The position numbers were made by a program, and so were the translations under genes. A DNA stretch of 62,975 nucleotides, the filler included, from a bacterium (GTDB lineage: Bacteria > JBBIVP01): the NCBI GenBank assembly GCA_037439705.1. It is 16 parts of 16 records of this genome, joined end to end, with 100 filler letters (N's around TTAATTAATTAA, not from the genome) between each part and the next. Parts side by side here need not be neighbours in the genome. Positions count along the whole stretch, not along the records: positions 52,279 to 55,799 come from JBBIVP010000191.1; positions 55,900 to 59,407 come from JBBIVP010000192.1; positions 59,508 to 62,975 come from JBBIVP010000193.1; 13 more parts are not named here. The stretch is one strand, 5' to 3'. This document shows positions 52,179-62,010 of this stretch, piece by piece (position 1 is the first letter of the stretch; every line of letters starts with the position of its first letter). The notes under the pieces were generated by a model. That model was not told the origin of the DNA, searched no databases, and worked only from the letters and a program-made list of their open reading frames with translations.

Positions 52179-52278
52179 NNNNNNNNNNNNNNNNNNNNNN
52201 NNNNNNNNNNNNNNNNNNNNNNTTAATTAATTAANNNNNNNNNNNNNNNNNNNNNNNNNNNNNNNNNNNNNNNNNNNN

Positions 52279-52557
52279 TATCCTTTAATTGCAAGACTGG
52301 AAGGGCTCGGTAGACTGTTCGGTGTTCCATATGTTCCAATAACCCTTACATTTCCATGGTTGGGTCCGATAGGGTTAATTCCTTTACCATCCAAATGGTA
52401 CATTCATTTTGGAGAAATTATTGACCTTTCTAAATACCCACCAGATGCTATTAATGATGATATCCTTGTTAATAATCTCTCCGAAATGGTGAGAAGAACC
52501 ATCCAGGAGATGATATACGAACTTCTCAAGAAAAGAAGGTCTATCTGGTTCGGATAG
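52279..52557 (+). CDS. lysophospholipid acyltransferase family, C-terminal part
   Basis: PYVPIT.TFPWLGP.GL.PLPSKW.I.FGE.ID. Confidence 0.75.
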   Translation, partial: YPLIARLEGLGRLFGVPYVPITLTFPWLGPIGLIPLPSKWYIHFGEIIDLSKYPPDAINDDILVNNLSEMVRRTIQEMIYELLKKRRSIWFG

Positions 52558-53047
52558 AGGAGTGAAGTTCCTTATATCTTTTTATTGCCAGTTTCTTTTT
52601 AAGGGGTGAAAGTCTGTCAATGAAAAGTATTCCATCAAGGTGGTCTATTTCATGTTGAATTGCTCTTGCCAGAAGTCCTTCTGCAGTTCCTGATACTTCT
52701 TTCCAGTTAATGTCATACCCTGAAAACCATATTTTTGAATATCTTTCCACTTCTTCAAAAACTCCTGGAAAGCTCAAACATCCCTCTTCAAACTTAGTTT
52801 TCCCTTCCCCTTTAAGAATTAAAGGGTTTAAAAGGACAAGTGGATTTTTATCCTTATTAGGTGGAGTAACATCAATAACGATTATCCTTAAAGGTATTCC
52901 TACCTGAGTGGCAGCAAGTCCTATTCCTGGAGCGGAATACATCGTACGGAGCATTCCTTCTGCAATTTTTTTTACATCTTCATTTTTGGACACTTCTTTT
53001 GCTTTCTCTCTAAGTTTTTTGTTTGGATATTTCAGTATTTCATACAT
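52541..53047 (-). CDS. def: peptide deformylase
   Basis: GIGLAATQ, EGCLS, QHEIDHL. Confidence 0.97.
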   Translation of the reverse strand: MYEILKYPNKKLREKAKEVSKNEDVKKIAEGMLRTMYSAPGIGLAATQVGIPLRIIVIDVTPPNKDKNPLVLLNPLILKGEGKTKFEEGCLSFPGVFEEVERYSKIWFSGYDINWKEVSGTAEGLLARAIQHEIDHLDGILFIDRLSPLKKKLAIKRYKELHSSIRTR

Positions 53048-54178
53048 CTATTCTTCTGTAAGTTGTTTCAACCTCGTCATTGCTCCTTTGTGGTTGGGGT
53101 CAAGTTCAAGGGTTTTTTTAAAAGCCTTTATTGCCACTTCTCTCTTTCCAAGGGTAGAGTAGATGATTCCTACATAATAAAAATTTCTCGGGTCAGTAGG
53201 ATTCAGTTCTGCTGATTTTTTGAAAGCCTTGATGGCAGCCTCATAATTTGCTTCATAATCATCAGAGGAAATTGAATAGCACATTCCCAGAAAAGTCAAA
53301 TATTCGGGATTTGTCGGGTCCAATTCCACTGCCTTTTCAAGTGCTTCCCTTGCCTTTTTGAAATTTTTTTCCTCAAGGAATACCACGCCATCTTTATAAT
53401 ATTCTTCAGCACTCTTTTCCTTAACTCCAAACTCTTCTTTCCATATTTCTGGGACCATATCAGTCTTTTTCTCTCCAACTTTTTCAATGAGCTTTAAAAG
53501 GGAAAATCCACCAATAGATTTCAAAAAGTCCTCATCGTCTATTTTTAATTCCTCCTGTAGTTCACACAAATTTTTTTTACCGTCAATGGATGAAATAATT
53601 TTCGTTTCATGGGGTTTCAATCTGAGTTCCCTGAATCTGTATCTCGGGTCATCAGATAATTTGTAAACATTCCATGGGGATTGAATCACCTTTTTAAGCC
53701 TTGGTATTGTAAATTTCAATCTTATTCCTTCCATTATGACATTCGCAGCACTTATGTTCAGGCTTATTATGTCTTCATCTTCAATTTCTTTTTCCTTAAA
53801 CTCAAGTTTTCCTTCCTCCCATTCAAAAATTGAAAGTAAGATGTTTTCCACCTGTCTCAGAACAACCTCTATAAGTTCATCGGGTGTAAGTTTTCCTTTT
53901 TCAACAAGCAGGGTACAGAGTTTTTTGTTTTGACTCTTTGACTCAGCAAGGGCGAGTTCAAGTTCTTCAGGAGTTATCTTTCTCATTTTTATAAGAAGCC
54001 TTCCTGTTCTGTCATTTGGGTCTGATGAGGAGGCAAAAATTGGCATTCCAAAAATGAAGTATACATGTTTAATAATTTCACCCCTTGTGAACTTACATAC
54101 ACCTGTCTTTCTTTCCACATAGAGTTCTCTAAATACTTCTGGCACAGTTTTTGGGTCTATTTTTACCTCTTCAAACAT
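53048..54178 (-). CDS. DUF4388-like domain + TPR protein
   Basis: KTG..F..G...A.S; W.EG.F; C-terminal TPRs. Confidence 0.8.
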   Translation of the reverse strand: MFEEVKIDPKTVPEVFRELYVERKTGVCKFTRGEIIKHVYFIFGMPIFASSSDPNDRTGRLLIKMRKITPEELELALAESKSQNKKLCTLLVEKGKLTPDELIEVVLRQVENILLSIFEWEEGKLEFKEKEIEDEDIISLNISAANVIMEGIRLKFTIPRLKKVIQSPWNVYKLSDDPRYRFRELRLKPHETKIISSIDGKKNLCELQEELKIDDEDFLKSIGGFSLLKLIEKVGEKKTDMVPEIWKEEFGVKEKSAEEYYKDGVVFLEEKNFKKAREALEKAVELDPTNPEYLTFLGMCYSISSDDYEANYEAAIKAFKKSAELNPTDPRNFYYVGIIYSTLGKREVAIKAFKKTLELDPNHKGAMTRLKQLTEE

Positions 54179-54223
54179 CAATTTTATTTTAATGATTTAT
54201 TCAAAAATTTCAAGAATTTGTAT

Positions 54224-54526
54224 TTATAAAAACCTTTTTAGAATTTTTCTTATGGGTCCGCTTCTTTTAATGAGGAGTTCCAGTTCTCCTTTATCAAGGT
54301 ATATACCTTCGCATTTTGAACAGACATCCACCTTCACATCTTCTAACTCTTTCTCCTCAAGTTTTCCTCCGCATTTTGGGCATCTCATCCAGAAATCTTC
54401 ATTCATCTTCTTCTGCGCTTCTTCTTTCCTTTGTGAATCCAGTTTTTTTCTTAATTGTTTTATCTGGTCCTGATTGAGTCTTAAAAAAAATTCCTCTTCT
54501 TTTTCGGAAGGTTTTTCTATTCCCAT
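54224..54526 (-). CDS. zf-TFIIB-like zinc-ribbon protein
   Basis: EEEFF helix; CPKC..VDVC..C.G..LD.GEL. Confidence 0.85.
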   Translation of the reverse strand: MGIEKPSEKEEEFFLRLNQDQIKQLRKKLDSQRKEEAQKKMNEDFWMRCPKCGGKLEEKELEDVKVDVCSKCEGIYLDKGELELLIKRSGPIRKILKRFL

Positions 54527-54529
54527 TCT

Positions 54530-55630
54530 TTACCTCCCAGGATACATGGGTGTAATTGGGGATGGGAGCCACTTTTCTTCCATGTACCATCTCATTGTTT
54601 CTTCAACCCCTTTCTTAAATTCAGGATATTTGAACTTATATCCTGCGTTTTTGAGTAGGGTTATGTCATAAACATGGTCCCAGCCAACATAATCAATCCA
54701 GCCTGCATCAAGCTGTGGAAGTAAGACCGGATTGAAAAAGAATTTTGAAGCAAGCTCCTTCCAGTCTTTCCATGTAATCTCTCTCAGTTTATCTTCAAAT
54801 AAAGGCAGAATTTTTTTTACAAATTTAAGAATTCCCTTTAAAAGATTGGGCATATATTTTATTTTCCTTTTTATATCCATACCGTAGGGTGTAAGGAAAG
54901 CAGAAAAGAATTCTTCTAAGGTGACCGGGGTTTCATCTGCAACATTAAAAGTCTTCCCTATTTCATTTTTCTCAGTAAGATAAATGGTTGCTCTTGCTAC
55001 ATCTTCTACATGAACACTATGAGCTTTCGGACCACCTTTTATCATTATTCTGATTTTATTTCTTCCCCTCATATAAAGGGATGCAACCAGACACATAAAC
55101 ATTGCATGTCCATATCTGCTTCTTGGTCCATATATCAGGGTGGGTCTTATAACAATAAGTGGTAGATTCTTTTTTTCGTAAAAATCAACTGCCACGCACT
55201 CTCCCTTCCATTTTGTTAGTTCGTAATTGTTCCTCGGATTTTTAGGGTCTTCCTCTTTCACTGGAATTCTAACCGGTTTTCCATAAACTCCCACTGTGCT
55301 TATTAATGTGAATTTTTTCACCCCATATTTTAAAGATGCGGAACACATTTTTTCTACTCCTTTTACATTTACCGCTCTCAGAAGAGATGGGGGAGCATTG
55401 AGATGAAAAACTCCTGCTACATGAAAGACTATTTCGGGATTTTCTTTGAAAAGCGGGTCAGGCTCTTCAACAGCGAGGTCAAGTGGGATTACTTTACACC
55501 CTTTAGCAATGTTGTGAGAAAAATTGCTTCCGGGAATATCGGTCGCGATCACCTCGTAGTTCTTCTTCCTCAAAACATCAATGAGCCATGAGCCTAAGAA
55601 TCCTGTGCTTCCTGTAACTAATACCTTCAT
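54530..55630 (-). CDS. extended SDR (NAD-dependent epimerase/3-beta-HSD-like)
   Basis: TGSTGFLG, YELTK, RPTLIYGP, VHVEDVA. Confidence 0.9.
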   Translation of the reverse strand: MKVLVTGSTGFLGSWLIDVLRKKNYEVIATDIPGSNFSHNIAKGCKVIPLDLAVEEPDPLFKENPEIVFHVAGVFHLNAPPSLLRAVNVKGVEKMCSASLKYGVKKFTLISTVGVYGKPVRIPVKEEDPKNPRNNYELTKWKGECVAVDFYEKKNLPLIVIRPTLIYGPRSRYGHAMFMCLVASLYMRGRNKIRIMIKGGPKAHSVHVEDVARATIYLTEKNEIGKTFNVADETPVTLEEFFSAFLTPYGMDIKRKIKYMPNLLKGILKFVKKILPLFEDKLREITWKDWKELASKFFFNPVLLPQLDAGWIDYVGWDHVYDITLLKNAGYKFKYPEFKKGVEETMRWYMEEKWLPSPITPMYPGR

Positions 55631-55680
55631 TTTTTATAAATTATCAGATGGATAATAAAAATCAAGAATTTTTAAAAATT

Positions 55681-55799
55681 GTCTCTGAAAAAGGAGGTTT
55701 TTTTGGCAATTGGTTTGTTTTTGAATTATTCCCTTTTTAACTATTTCTATCTCAAGCCCCTCCTCGCCTTCAATCTATTAAATAAACCATCGCCCTCAT
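55681..55799 (-). repeat. dispersed repeat B, longest copy (cut by contig end)
   Basis: Links the 17382-17448 and 8480-8530 segments. Confidence 0.85.
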
Positions 55800-55899
55800 N
55801 NNNNNNNNNNNNNNNNNNNNNNNNNNNNNNNNNNNNNNNNNNNTTAATTAATTAANNNNNNNNNNNNNNNNNNNNNNNNNNNNNNNNNNNNNNNNNNNN

Positions 55900-56215
55900 A
55901 ACCCGAAGCGGATAATTTTCCATGAATGCTTTTTATATAATCGGCGTTCTCATTTTCATGGCATCCAGTGCAGTTTACAGGTTTGATTTCCCTGTGTGGA
56001 TAAGAAAGTGCACCATGACAATTCGTACATCCTATATCTTTGTGAACCGAGGTTTTCAGCTCTTTTAATTCAATCCTTTTTTCGCTTTTCCCAGTTACAT
56101 GACATTCAATGCAATGATTATCTTTTGAAAAAGATGGTATACATATAAAAAATAGAGAAAGAGTCAACACAGGAATTAAGATAATAAGTGTTAATTTTGT
56201 TTTTAGCCACAACAT
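55900..56215 (-). CDS. multiheme cytochrome c, N-terminus (3 CxxCH visible; truncated)
   Basis: Signal peptide; CIECH, CTNCH, CTGCH; SVH/SIH. Confidence 0.9.
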
Positions 56216-56411
56216 ATTTAGTTCGTAGATTATTTTATATTATTTGTTTCATTTATCAAGTTTTTGTATAAGTTATTCTATCTGATGAGGCGGATTTGTC
56301 CCTTTTCAAATATGGGAAATCACCCAGGGAACCTGATGAAAATTGGGATTAAAAAGGTTAACTTTTGGAAATTTGTTGAAAAAAAAAGGTTAAAATTTAA
56401 ACTATATTTTA

Positions 56412-58283
56412 ATGAAAAGAGTAATTATAACAATTTCTCTTCTTATTTTTCCCTTTTTCGTAAATGCATACACTGTTAAAGAATGTATGGATTGCCATTC
56501 GGAAAAGGAAATGGGTTCAGCCTTTATAGACCTGACCGAGTTCAAAAATTCAATTCACGGAGATATGGGATGTGGAGAGTGTCATGAAGCAATAAAGTCT
56601 CTTCCTCACGAAGAAAAACTTCCCGAAGTTCGCTGTGAAAAGTGTCATTCAGAGGTATTTAAAGAATATGAAAAAAGCATTCATGGAAAAAAGAAAGATG
56701 GTGAAAGAAATGCAAAATGTGCTGATTGCCACGGGACTCATTACATAAAACCATCTTCCGACCCTAAATCAATGACAAACCATTTTAAAATTCCTTATAC
56801 CTGTGCAAGATGTCATGAAAACCCGAAACTCGTGGAAGAGAGAAAAATCCCTGTTAAAGAACCTTTGAAATACTACTCCGGAAGCATTCATGGAAGATTG
56901 GTGCTTAAAGAAAAAATAGAAGGGGTAGCCAACTGTGTTTCCTGTCATGGAAGCCATTCCATCTATCCTGCAAAAGAGCCTAACTCAAAAATCAATAAAA
57001 CAAACATTCCAACCACCTGTGGCGAGTGTCATTCTGATGTTTACAAAGAATATATTGAAAGTGTGCACGGTTCATCATTTGTTAAAGGTGCTATAGATGC
57101 TCCAGTTTGTTCTACCTGCCATGGAGAGCATGAGATTCTTCCACCCGAGGAGAAAAAATCACCTGTATCACCACTTAATGTTTCAAAAACCTGTTCCGAA
57201 TGTCATGCCTTGGAAAGGATAATAAAAAAGTACGGACTTCCATCCGATAGAGTTTCATCCTACGAACACAGTTATCACGGACTTGTTGATAAATTCGGGG
57301 ATACAAGGGCTGCAAATTGTGAAAGTTGTCACGGTTACCATCTTATTCTTCCATCTTCTGACGCCAGGTCATCCGTAAATCCTGCGAATATTAAAACCAC
57401 CTGTGGAAAGTGTCATCCGGGAGCATCAGATAATTTTGCAAAGGGAAGAATTCATCCTGTAATTACAAAAAAGACCAAAGAGCTTTCTGACCTTATAATA
57501 TATTATGTTCGTTTGGTTTATCTTATCATCATTCCCTTAGTAATAGGTGGAATGTTCTTGCACAATCTCATTGATTTCATCAACAGATTGAAGGAAAAAT
57601 ATAAGGAGCAGAAGGAAAAGGGTGGATTTCTCAGATTAACACTTTCTGAGAGGATACAACACGCTTTATTGCTCATAACATTCTTTACTCTTGCATTAAG
57701 TGGATTTGCTTTAAAGTTTAAATTGGTAATTCCTTATTTTGAAGGACCTGGACAAGAGGAAGTTAGAAGGTGGATTCACAGGGGCGCTGCAATAATTTTT
57801 ATCCTTGTCTCCATTTATCATATTTATTACATCCTTTTCACCGAAAGAGGAAGGAAGTGGCTTATAGATATGATACCGAATTTAAAAGACATTTGGGATG
57901 TAATAAACGCCATTCTGCACTATTTTGGACTTAGAAAGGAATGTCCTTTCTTTGACAGGTTTTCTTATATAGAGAAAGCAGAATATCTTGCCCTTATATG
58001 GGGTTCTGTAATAATGATAGTTACAGGTATAATCATGTGGGCGGAAACATTATTTCTCAAATTCCTTCCCTACTGGGTTATAAATCTATCAACAGTAATT
58101 CATTACTATGAAGCCATTCTCGCCACATTAGCGATATTTGTGTGGCATCTTTATCATGTTCTTATAAAACCGGGAGCGAAAGAAGCAAATATAGCCTTTA
58201 TAACAGGACTCCTTTCAGAAAAGGAAATGGAGGAAGAACATCCCTTAGAACTCAAAAAACTCAAAGAAAAAGGAAGTTCTTAA
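56412..58283 (+). CDS. 11-heme cytochrome c fused to a b-type cytochrome membrane domain (CbcL-like)
   Basis: 11 CxxCH counted; ERIQH, WIHR, EKAEY.AL.WG, IHYYEA, WHLY. Confidence 0.92.
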   Translation: MKRVIITISLLIFPFFVNAYTVKECMDCHSEKEMGSAFIDLTEFKNSIHGDMGCGECHEAIKSLPHEEKLPEVRCEKCHSEVFKEYEKSIHGKKKDGERNAKCADCHGTHYIKPSSDPKSMTNHFKIPYTCARCHENPKLVEERKIPVKEPLKYYSGSIHGRLVLKEKIEGVANCVSCHGSHSIYPAKEPNSKINKTNIPTTCGECHSDVYKEYIESVHGSSFVKGAIDAPVCSTCHGEHEILPPEEKKSPVSPLNVSKTCSECHALERIIKKYGLPSDRVSSYEHSYHGLVDKFGDTRAANCESCHGYHLILPSSDARSSVNPANIKTTCGKCHPGASDNFAKGRIHPVITKKTKELSDLIIYYVRLVYLIIIPLVIGGMFLHNLIDFINRLKEKYKEQKEKGGFLRLTLSERIQHALLLITFFTLALSGFALKFKLVIPYFEGPGQEEVRRWIHRGAAIIFILVSIYHIYYILFTERGRKWLIDMIPNLKDIWDVINAILHYFGLRKECPFFDRFSYIEKAEYLALIWGSVIMIVTGIIMWAETLFLKFLPYWVINLSTVIHYYEAILATLAIFVWHLYHVLIKPGAKEANIAFITGLLSEKEMEEEHPLELKKLKEKGSS

Positions 58284-59407
58284 AAAATCATTACAAATGA
58301 AAGTTCACCGCTTGCGTCAGTTGGAACATTCCATCCTTTAATTTCAACAAAATTTCCGAGAGTGAAACCGAGATCAATTTTCATTATATAAAGGTTGAAT
58401 CCAATTCCAAATCCGAATTCTCCGAGTTCTGTCCCTTCTGTCAGGCTATGCCTGTATCCTCCTCTGAAGGCAACTGCTTTTAGATTTACCTCGGTGCCGA
58501 TCGAAAGATCCATTTCTTTTATATCTCTATTCAGAGATTTAACCGGATAGAGGTCCATGTCGCAGGCAAGGGTTAAAAGGTTTTTAAAGAAGGTAAAGCC
58601 AACCCCGCTTCTTAACTGGGGATAGAGCCTCATAATTCCACCAGTATTTGTATCAAAAGACGGAAAGTTTATGTATTTCGCTATAAAACCAGCCTTCAAA
58701 AAGCCATCCGAATAAAGAAACGAAAGGTCTATTCCGATGTTCGTCTTTCCATTTCCAAATTCAAAAGCCTCATCCATAAACTTGTCCCAGTCAATCTCTT
58801 CCATAAATTTCAAATCCCTTTCATATCCAACTCCATAAAGAATTTTAAGGCTTCCTCCGACTGCAATTTTATCGTTGAGCCTGTATCCGTACGAGATTGG
58901 AACCTCTGTAAGAAAAAGGGTTTTAAGGGCGAGCCTCGTCTGGTTCTGTGTGTAATCAGTTGCCGAAAAAACTTCCAGCATCTTTGTCTTTTCTGCTACT
59001 TTGTACGCAGCCTCGGAGAATTTTTTCTCATCCAATTTAGGCGAATAACCTTCTTTTATGAGTCCTTCCTCAACCCTGTAAACATAATCCGTTGCATAGG
59101 TCCTTTGAGTTGAGGGATTTATTTTCTTCCAGTCACCACCGAGGTTTTCAATCCTTTTGATGAGGTCATTCCTAACCTCATCGCTGAAGAAATGCTGAGA
59201 GGGCTCTTGTGGGCTATCAGCAAGTCTTTCAACTGCTGCTGCAGCATCAGAAGATGGACTGCCTGTCGATTCAAGATCGGGCACAAACCATGCTCCTGCT
59301 TTGTAAAACGAAAATCCACCTGTTCCATAGTTTTTGAATGCTATCGGAATATTGGCATTTGGCCCTATATGAATGTAAATATCTGATGAAAGTAAATCAA
59401 GTATATC
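58280..59407 (-). CDS. TraF-like outer-membrane beta-barrel (5' truncated)
   Basis: EVPISYG, PQLRSGVG, DMDL, RGGYR, terminal Phe; frame open to gap. Confidence 0.65.
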   Translation of the reverse strand, partial: DILDLLSSDIYIHIGPNANIPIAFKNYGTGGFSFYKAGAWFVPDLESTGSPSSDAAAAVERLADSPQEPSQHFFSDEVRNDLIKRIENLGGDWKKINPSTQRTYATDYVYRVEEGLIKEGYSPKLDEKKFSEAAYKVAEKTKMLEVFSATDYTQNQTRLALKTLFLTEVPISYGYRLNDKIAVGGSLKILYGVGYERDLKFMEEIDWDKFMDEAFEFGNGKTNIGIDLSFLYSDGFLKAGFIAKYINFPSFDTNTGGIMRLYPQLRSGVGFTFFKNLLTLACDMDLYPVKSLNRDIKEMDLSIGTEVNLKAVAFRGGYRHSLTEGTELGEFGFGIGFNLYIMKIDLGFTLGNFVEIKGWNVPTDASGELSFVMIF

Positions 59408-59507
59408 NNNNNNNNNNNNNNNNNNNNNNNNNNNNNNNNNNNNNNNNNNNNTTAATTAATTAANNNNNNNNNNNNNNNNNNNNNNNNNNNNNNNNNNNNN
59501 NNNNNNN

Positions 59508-59699
59508 ATGGTGAAGTTTCCCGGAAAGATGCATCATAAATTTGCAGTTATTGATGATGAGGTTGTTATAACTGGTTCCTACAACTGGACAGCAACTGCT
59601 GAGGAACATAATGATGAAGACTGTCTTATCTTTACAGATGCGAAGGAACTTGCTAATGTTTATAAGAAGAAGTTTTTTGTTTTATGGGAAAGAAACTGA
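59508..59699 (+). CDS. phospholipase D-like (HKD) nuclease family, C-terminal part
   Basis: MHHKFAVIDD..VITGSYNWT..A...N.E. Confidence 0.88.
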   Translation: MVKFPGKMHHKFAVIDDEVVITGSYNWTATAEEHNDEDCLIFTDAKELANVYKKKFFVLWERN

Positions 59700-60124
59700 A
59701 AAAAGGCTTAATGGTTCTTCTGGTTTTTTCTGCAGGCGGAATATCCTTTTTATTCTTCAAAAGTAAAGAGCCAGTGCCTGCTGGAAGGTTTGAGGTTGAT
59801 TTTGTCCAGAGGTCCTTTGAAGATGTGTATAAAGAAATAGATATTAAAGATGAAAGAGAGGTATCCACAAATCTTCAGAAAAGGGTTAAGGCATATTTCC
59901 TTCTTAAATATGTAAAGAATTCAAGGAGTAAAAAGGCTATTTTTCTGATTCCCAAAGATTCCAAAATAAAATTGGTTCTTTTTACAGACCCATCGGAAAA
60001 TAGAGAAAAATTCAAAAAAATAAGGGATAATGTGGGTAAGAAGGTAATGGTAAAGGGAAAACTTATATCCCATCCAAAATATGGGATAGAAATAATTGTG
60101 GAGGAATTTGAATTCCCTGAATAA
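59684..60124 (+). CDS. membrane-anchored hypothetical protein (OB-like C-terminus)
   Basis: N-terminal TM; GKKV.VKG...HPKYG.EI.V. Confidence 0.55.
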   Translation: MGKKLKKGLMVLLVFSAGGISFLFFKSKEPVPAGRFEVDFVQRSFEDVYKEIDIKDEREVSTNLQKRVKAYFLLKYVKNSRSKKAIFLIPKDSKIKLVLFTDPSENREKFKKIRDNVGKKVMVKGKLISHPKYGIEIIVEEFEFPE

Positions 60125-60130
60125 TTATGC

Positions 60131-60706
60131 TTATTTATAAAGGTTTAAGTTGTTAAAGCAATTCATAGCTTCTTCTATCCCTTCCTTAACCCACACATCA
60201 ACCGCAGCAGGCAGAAGTTTTAGAACCCTTTTTAAAAGGTCCATTTCTTTCTCTTCAAAATTTGCGAGGACATAATCTATGGCGTCAACTCCATCAGGTG
60301 GTCTTCCAATTCCTATTCTTAACCTGTTAAATCCTCCTGAATCAAGATGTTGAATGATGGATTCTATTCCTTTATGCCCTCCACTTCCGTTCTTCCTTTT
60401 AAATCTCATCGCTCCAAGAGGCAAATCCATATCATCGTGTATAACAAGGATGTCCTCGTTTTTTATCCTGAATTCCCTCACAAACCTTTCAACGCATTCT
60501 CCACTGTGGTTCATATAAGTAAGAGGTTTTATGAGGAATACCTCTGGATTTCCTTCCCTTACCCCATATAAGCTCAGAAATCCTTCCTGATTTATTGGCA
60601 CCTTCCAGGTCTTAGAAAGTTCATCCACGGATATAAAACCAATATTATGTCTTGACAAAATATATTTTTTCTCTGGATTTCCAAGACCGAAGACCCACTT
60701 TTTCAC
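60131..60706 (-). CDS. pth: peptidyl-tRNA hydrolase
   Basis: GLGNP, RHNIGF, KPLTYMN, HDDMD, RLRIGIGRP. Confidence 0.97.
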   Translation of the reverse strand: MKKWVFGLGNPEKKYILSRHNIGFISVDELSKTWKVPINQEGFLSLYGVREGNPEVFLIKPLTYMNHSGECVERFVREFRIKNEDILVIHDDMDLPLGAMRFKRKNGSGGHKGIESIIQHLDSGGFNRLRIGIGRPPDGVDAIDYVLANFEEKEMDLLKRVLKLLPAAVDVWVKEGIEEAMNCFNNLNLYK

Positions 60707-61365
60707 TTTTCCTCTTCCTCTTTTTCCTCCTTTTCTTCTTTCTTTTCTACTTTTTCTTCAGCCTCCTTTGCTACCTCTTCAACTTCTTCAGGAGGTTTTT
60801 CTTCTACCACTTCTGTGATGGTAACGATTGGAAGTGTTCTGTCCATAAGGACTTCAATGCCCTCTGGGAGTTTTAAATCACTTATGTGATATGAATGACC
60901 GAGAGAAAGGGATGAGATATCAATAATCACTTCAGGAATGATAGAAGCTGGATAACACCTTAATTTTAATTTTCTTATGTTCCACTGAAGGACACCACCC
61001 TTTTTAACACCTTCAGGGGTTCCTTGAAGTCTCACTGGAATTTCTAAAACAACCTTTTTATCTTCTTTTATCTCAATGAAATCAGCATGAATAAGTTTAT
61101 CCGCAATTGGGTCTATTTGATAATCCTTCAGCATCACCATCCTCTCACCCATATCAGGATGACCTTTAATTTTGAGTTTCAAAATGGTGTTTGTTCTGAA
61201 AGGACCTTTTAAGGTTTTTCTTAATTCTTCTGGAGAGACTATTATGTGCAGGTTTTCCTTTCCTCCATATACTACTGCTGGAATTTTTTTGTTTCTTCTT
61301 ATTCTTCCAGCATCACCCTTTCCTGTTTTTTCTCTCACTTCAACCTCTAATTCTACTGCTTCCAT
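60703..61365 (-). CDS. rplY: 50S ribosomal protein L25/Ctc
   Basis: IPAVVYG, HADF, GVKKGG, acidic tail. Confidence 0.96.
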   Translation of the reverse strand: MEAVELEVEVREKTGKGDAGRIRRNKKIPAVVYGGKENLHIIVSPEELRKTLKGPFRTNTILKLKIKGHPDMGERMVMLKDYQIDPIADKLIHADFIEIKEDKKVVLEIPVRLQGTPEGVKKGGVLQWNIRKLKLRCYPASIIPEVIIDISSLSLGHSYHISDLKLPEGIEVLMDRTLPIVTITEVVEEKPPEEVEEVAKEAEEKVEKKEEKEEKEEEEK

Positions 61366-61590
61366 CTCTTTCTCCTTTTTATTTAAAATTATTTAACTTG
61401 ATTTAGATTTTTAGTCAAGGAGGTGTTGTTGTAGACCAGCACAGAGATGATTACCAGGGGAAATTGGCTGGAGACTTGAGTTAAAAAGTGTAAAATTGTA
61501 TGAAAAGGTTTTATTTTTGTTATAGAAATGGCTTTGAAAAGAAATGGATTTAAAGGTTTAAAAAGGCGAGACCCGACCCCAAAGATGACC

Positions 61591-62010
61591 CTATCGGGGT
61601 GTAAATTGATGAAGTAATAATCCTCCGATATCTATAAAATCAAGATGAACTTCCATGCCTATTTTAAGGGATTCAAAAGGAGCATTTATTCTGGTAAGAA
61701 TTCTTCCAATGCCATCCAGTTCCACTATTCCTATAACATCGGGCTTTCCGAACCTCAGTGACCTTTCTTGCTGGGTGAAGGCAAACAATTTTCCTTTTCG
61801 GGGCATATCCACCCATTCTATTTCTTCTTCAAGACAGTTCGGACAGAAGGGTCTTGGAGGGAAAAATGTCTTTTTGCATTTTTTGCACCTTGTTGTTTTA
61901 AACTCCCTTTTTGAAAGGAATTCGTAGAATTTCTTTGTAGCGCTATCTCCGTAGTGTTCTAATGCCTTTTGCGTGTATGTTTTTATTATCTCTGCCAGAT
62001 CCATTTTCAA
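61591..62010 (-). CDS. DUF35 Zn-ribbon/OB-fold protein
   Basis: CKKC..FPPR..CPNC, G.VEL, IGM.V; overlaps thiolase stop. Confidence 0.9.
   Translation of the reverse strand: MKMDLAEIIKTYTQKALEHYGDSATKKFYEFLSKREFKTTRCKKCKKTFFPPRPFCPNCLEEEIEWVDMPRKGKLFAFTQQERSLRFGKPDVIGIVELDGIGRILTRINAPFESLKIGMEVHLDFIDIGGLLLHQFTPR

Noticed and set aside
59508-60124. PLD nuclease + partner as an anti-phage system
   Set aside because: Only the C-terminal fragment is visible, there is no helicase or methylase, and the neighbours are housekeeping genes
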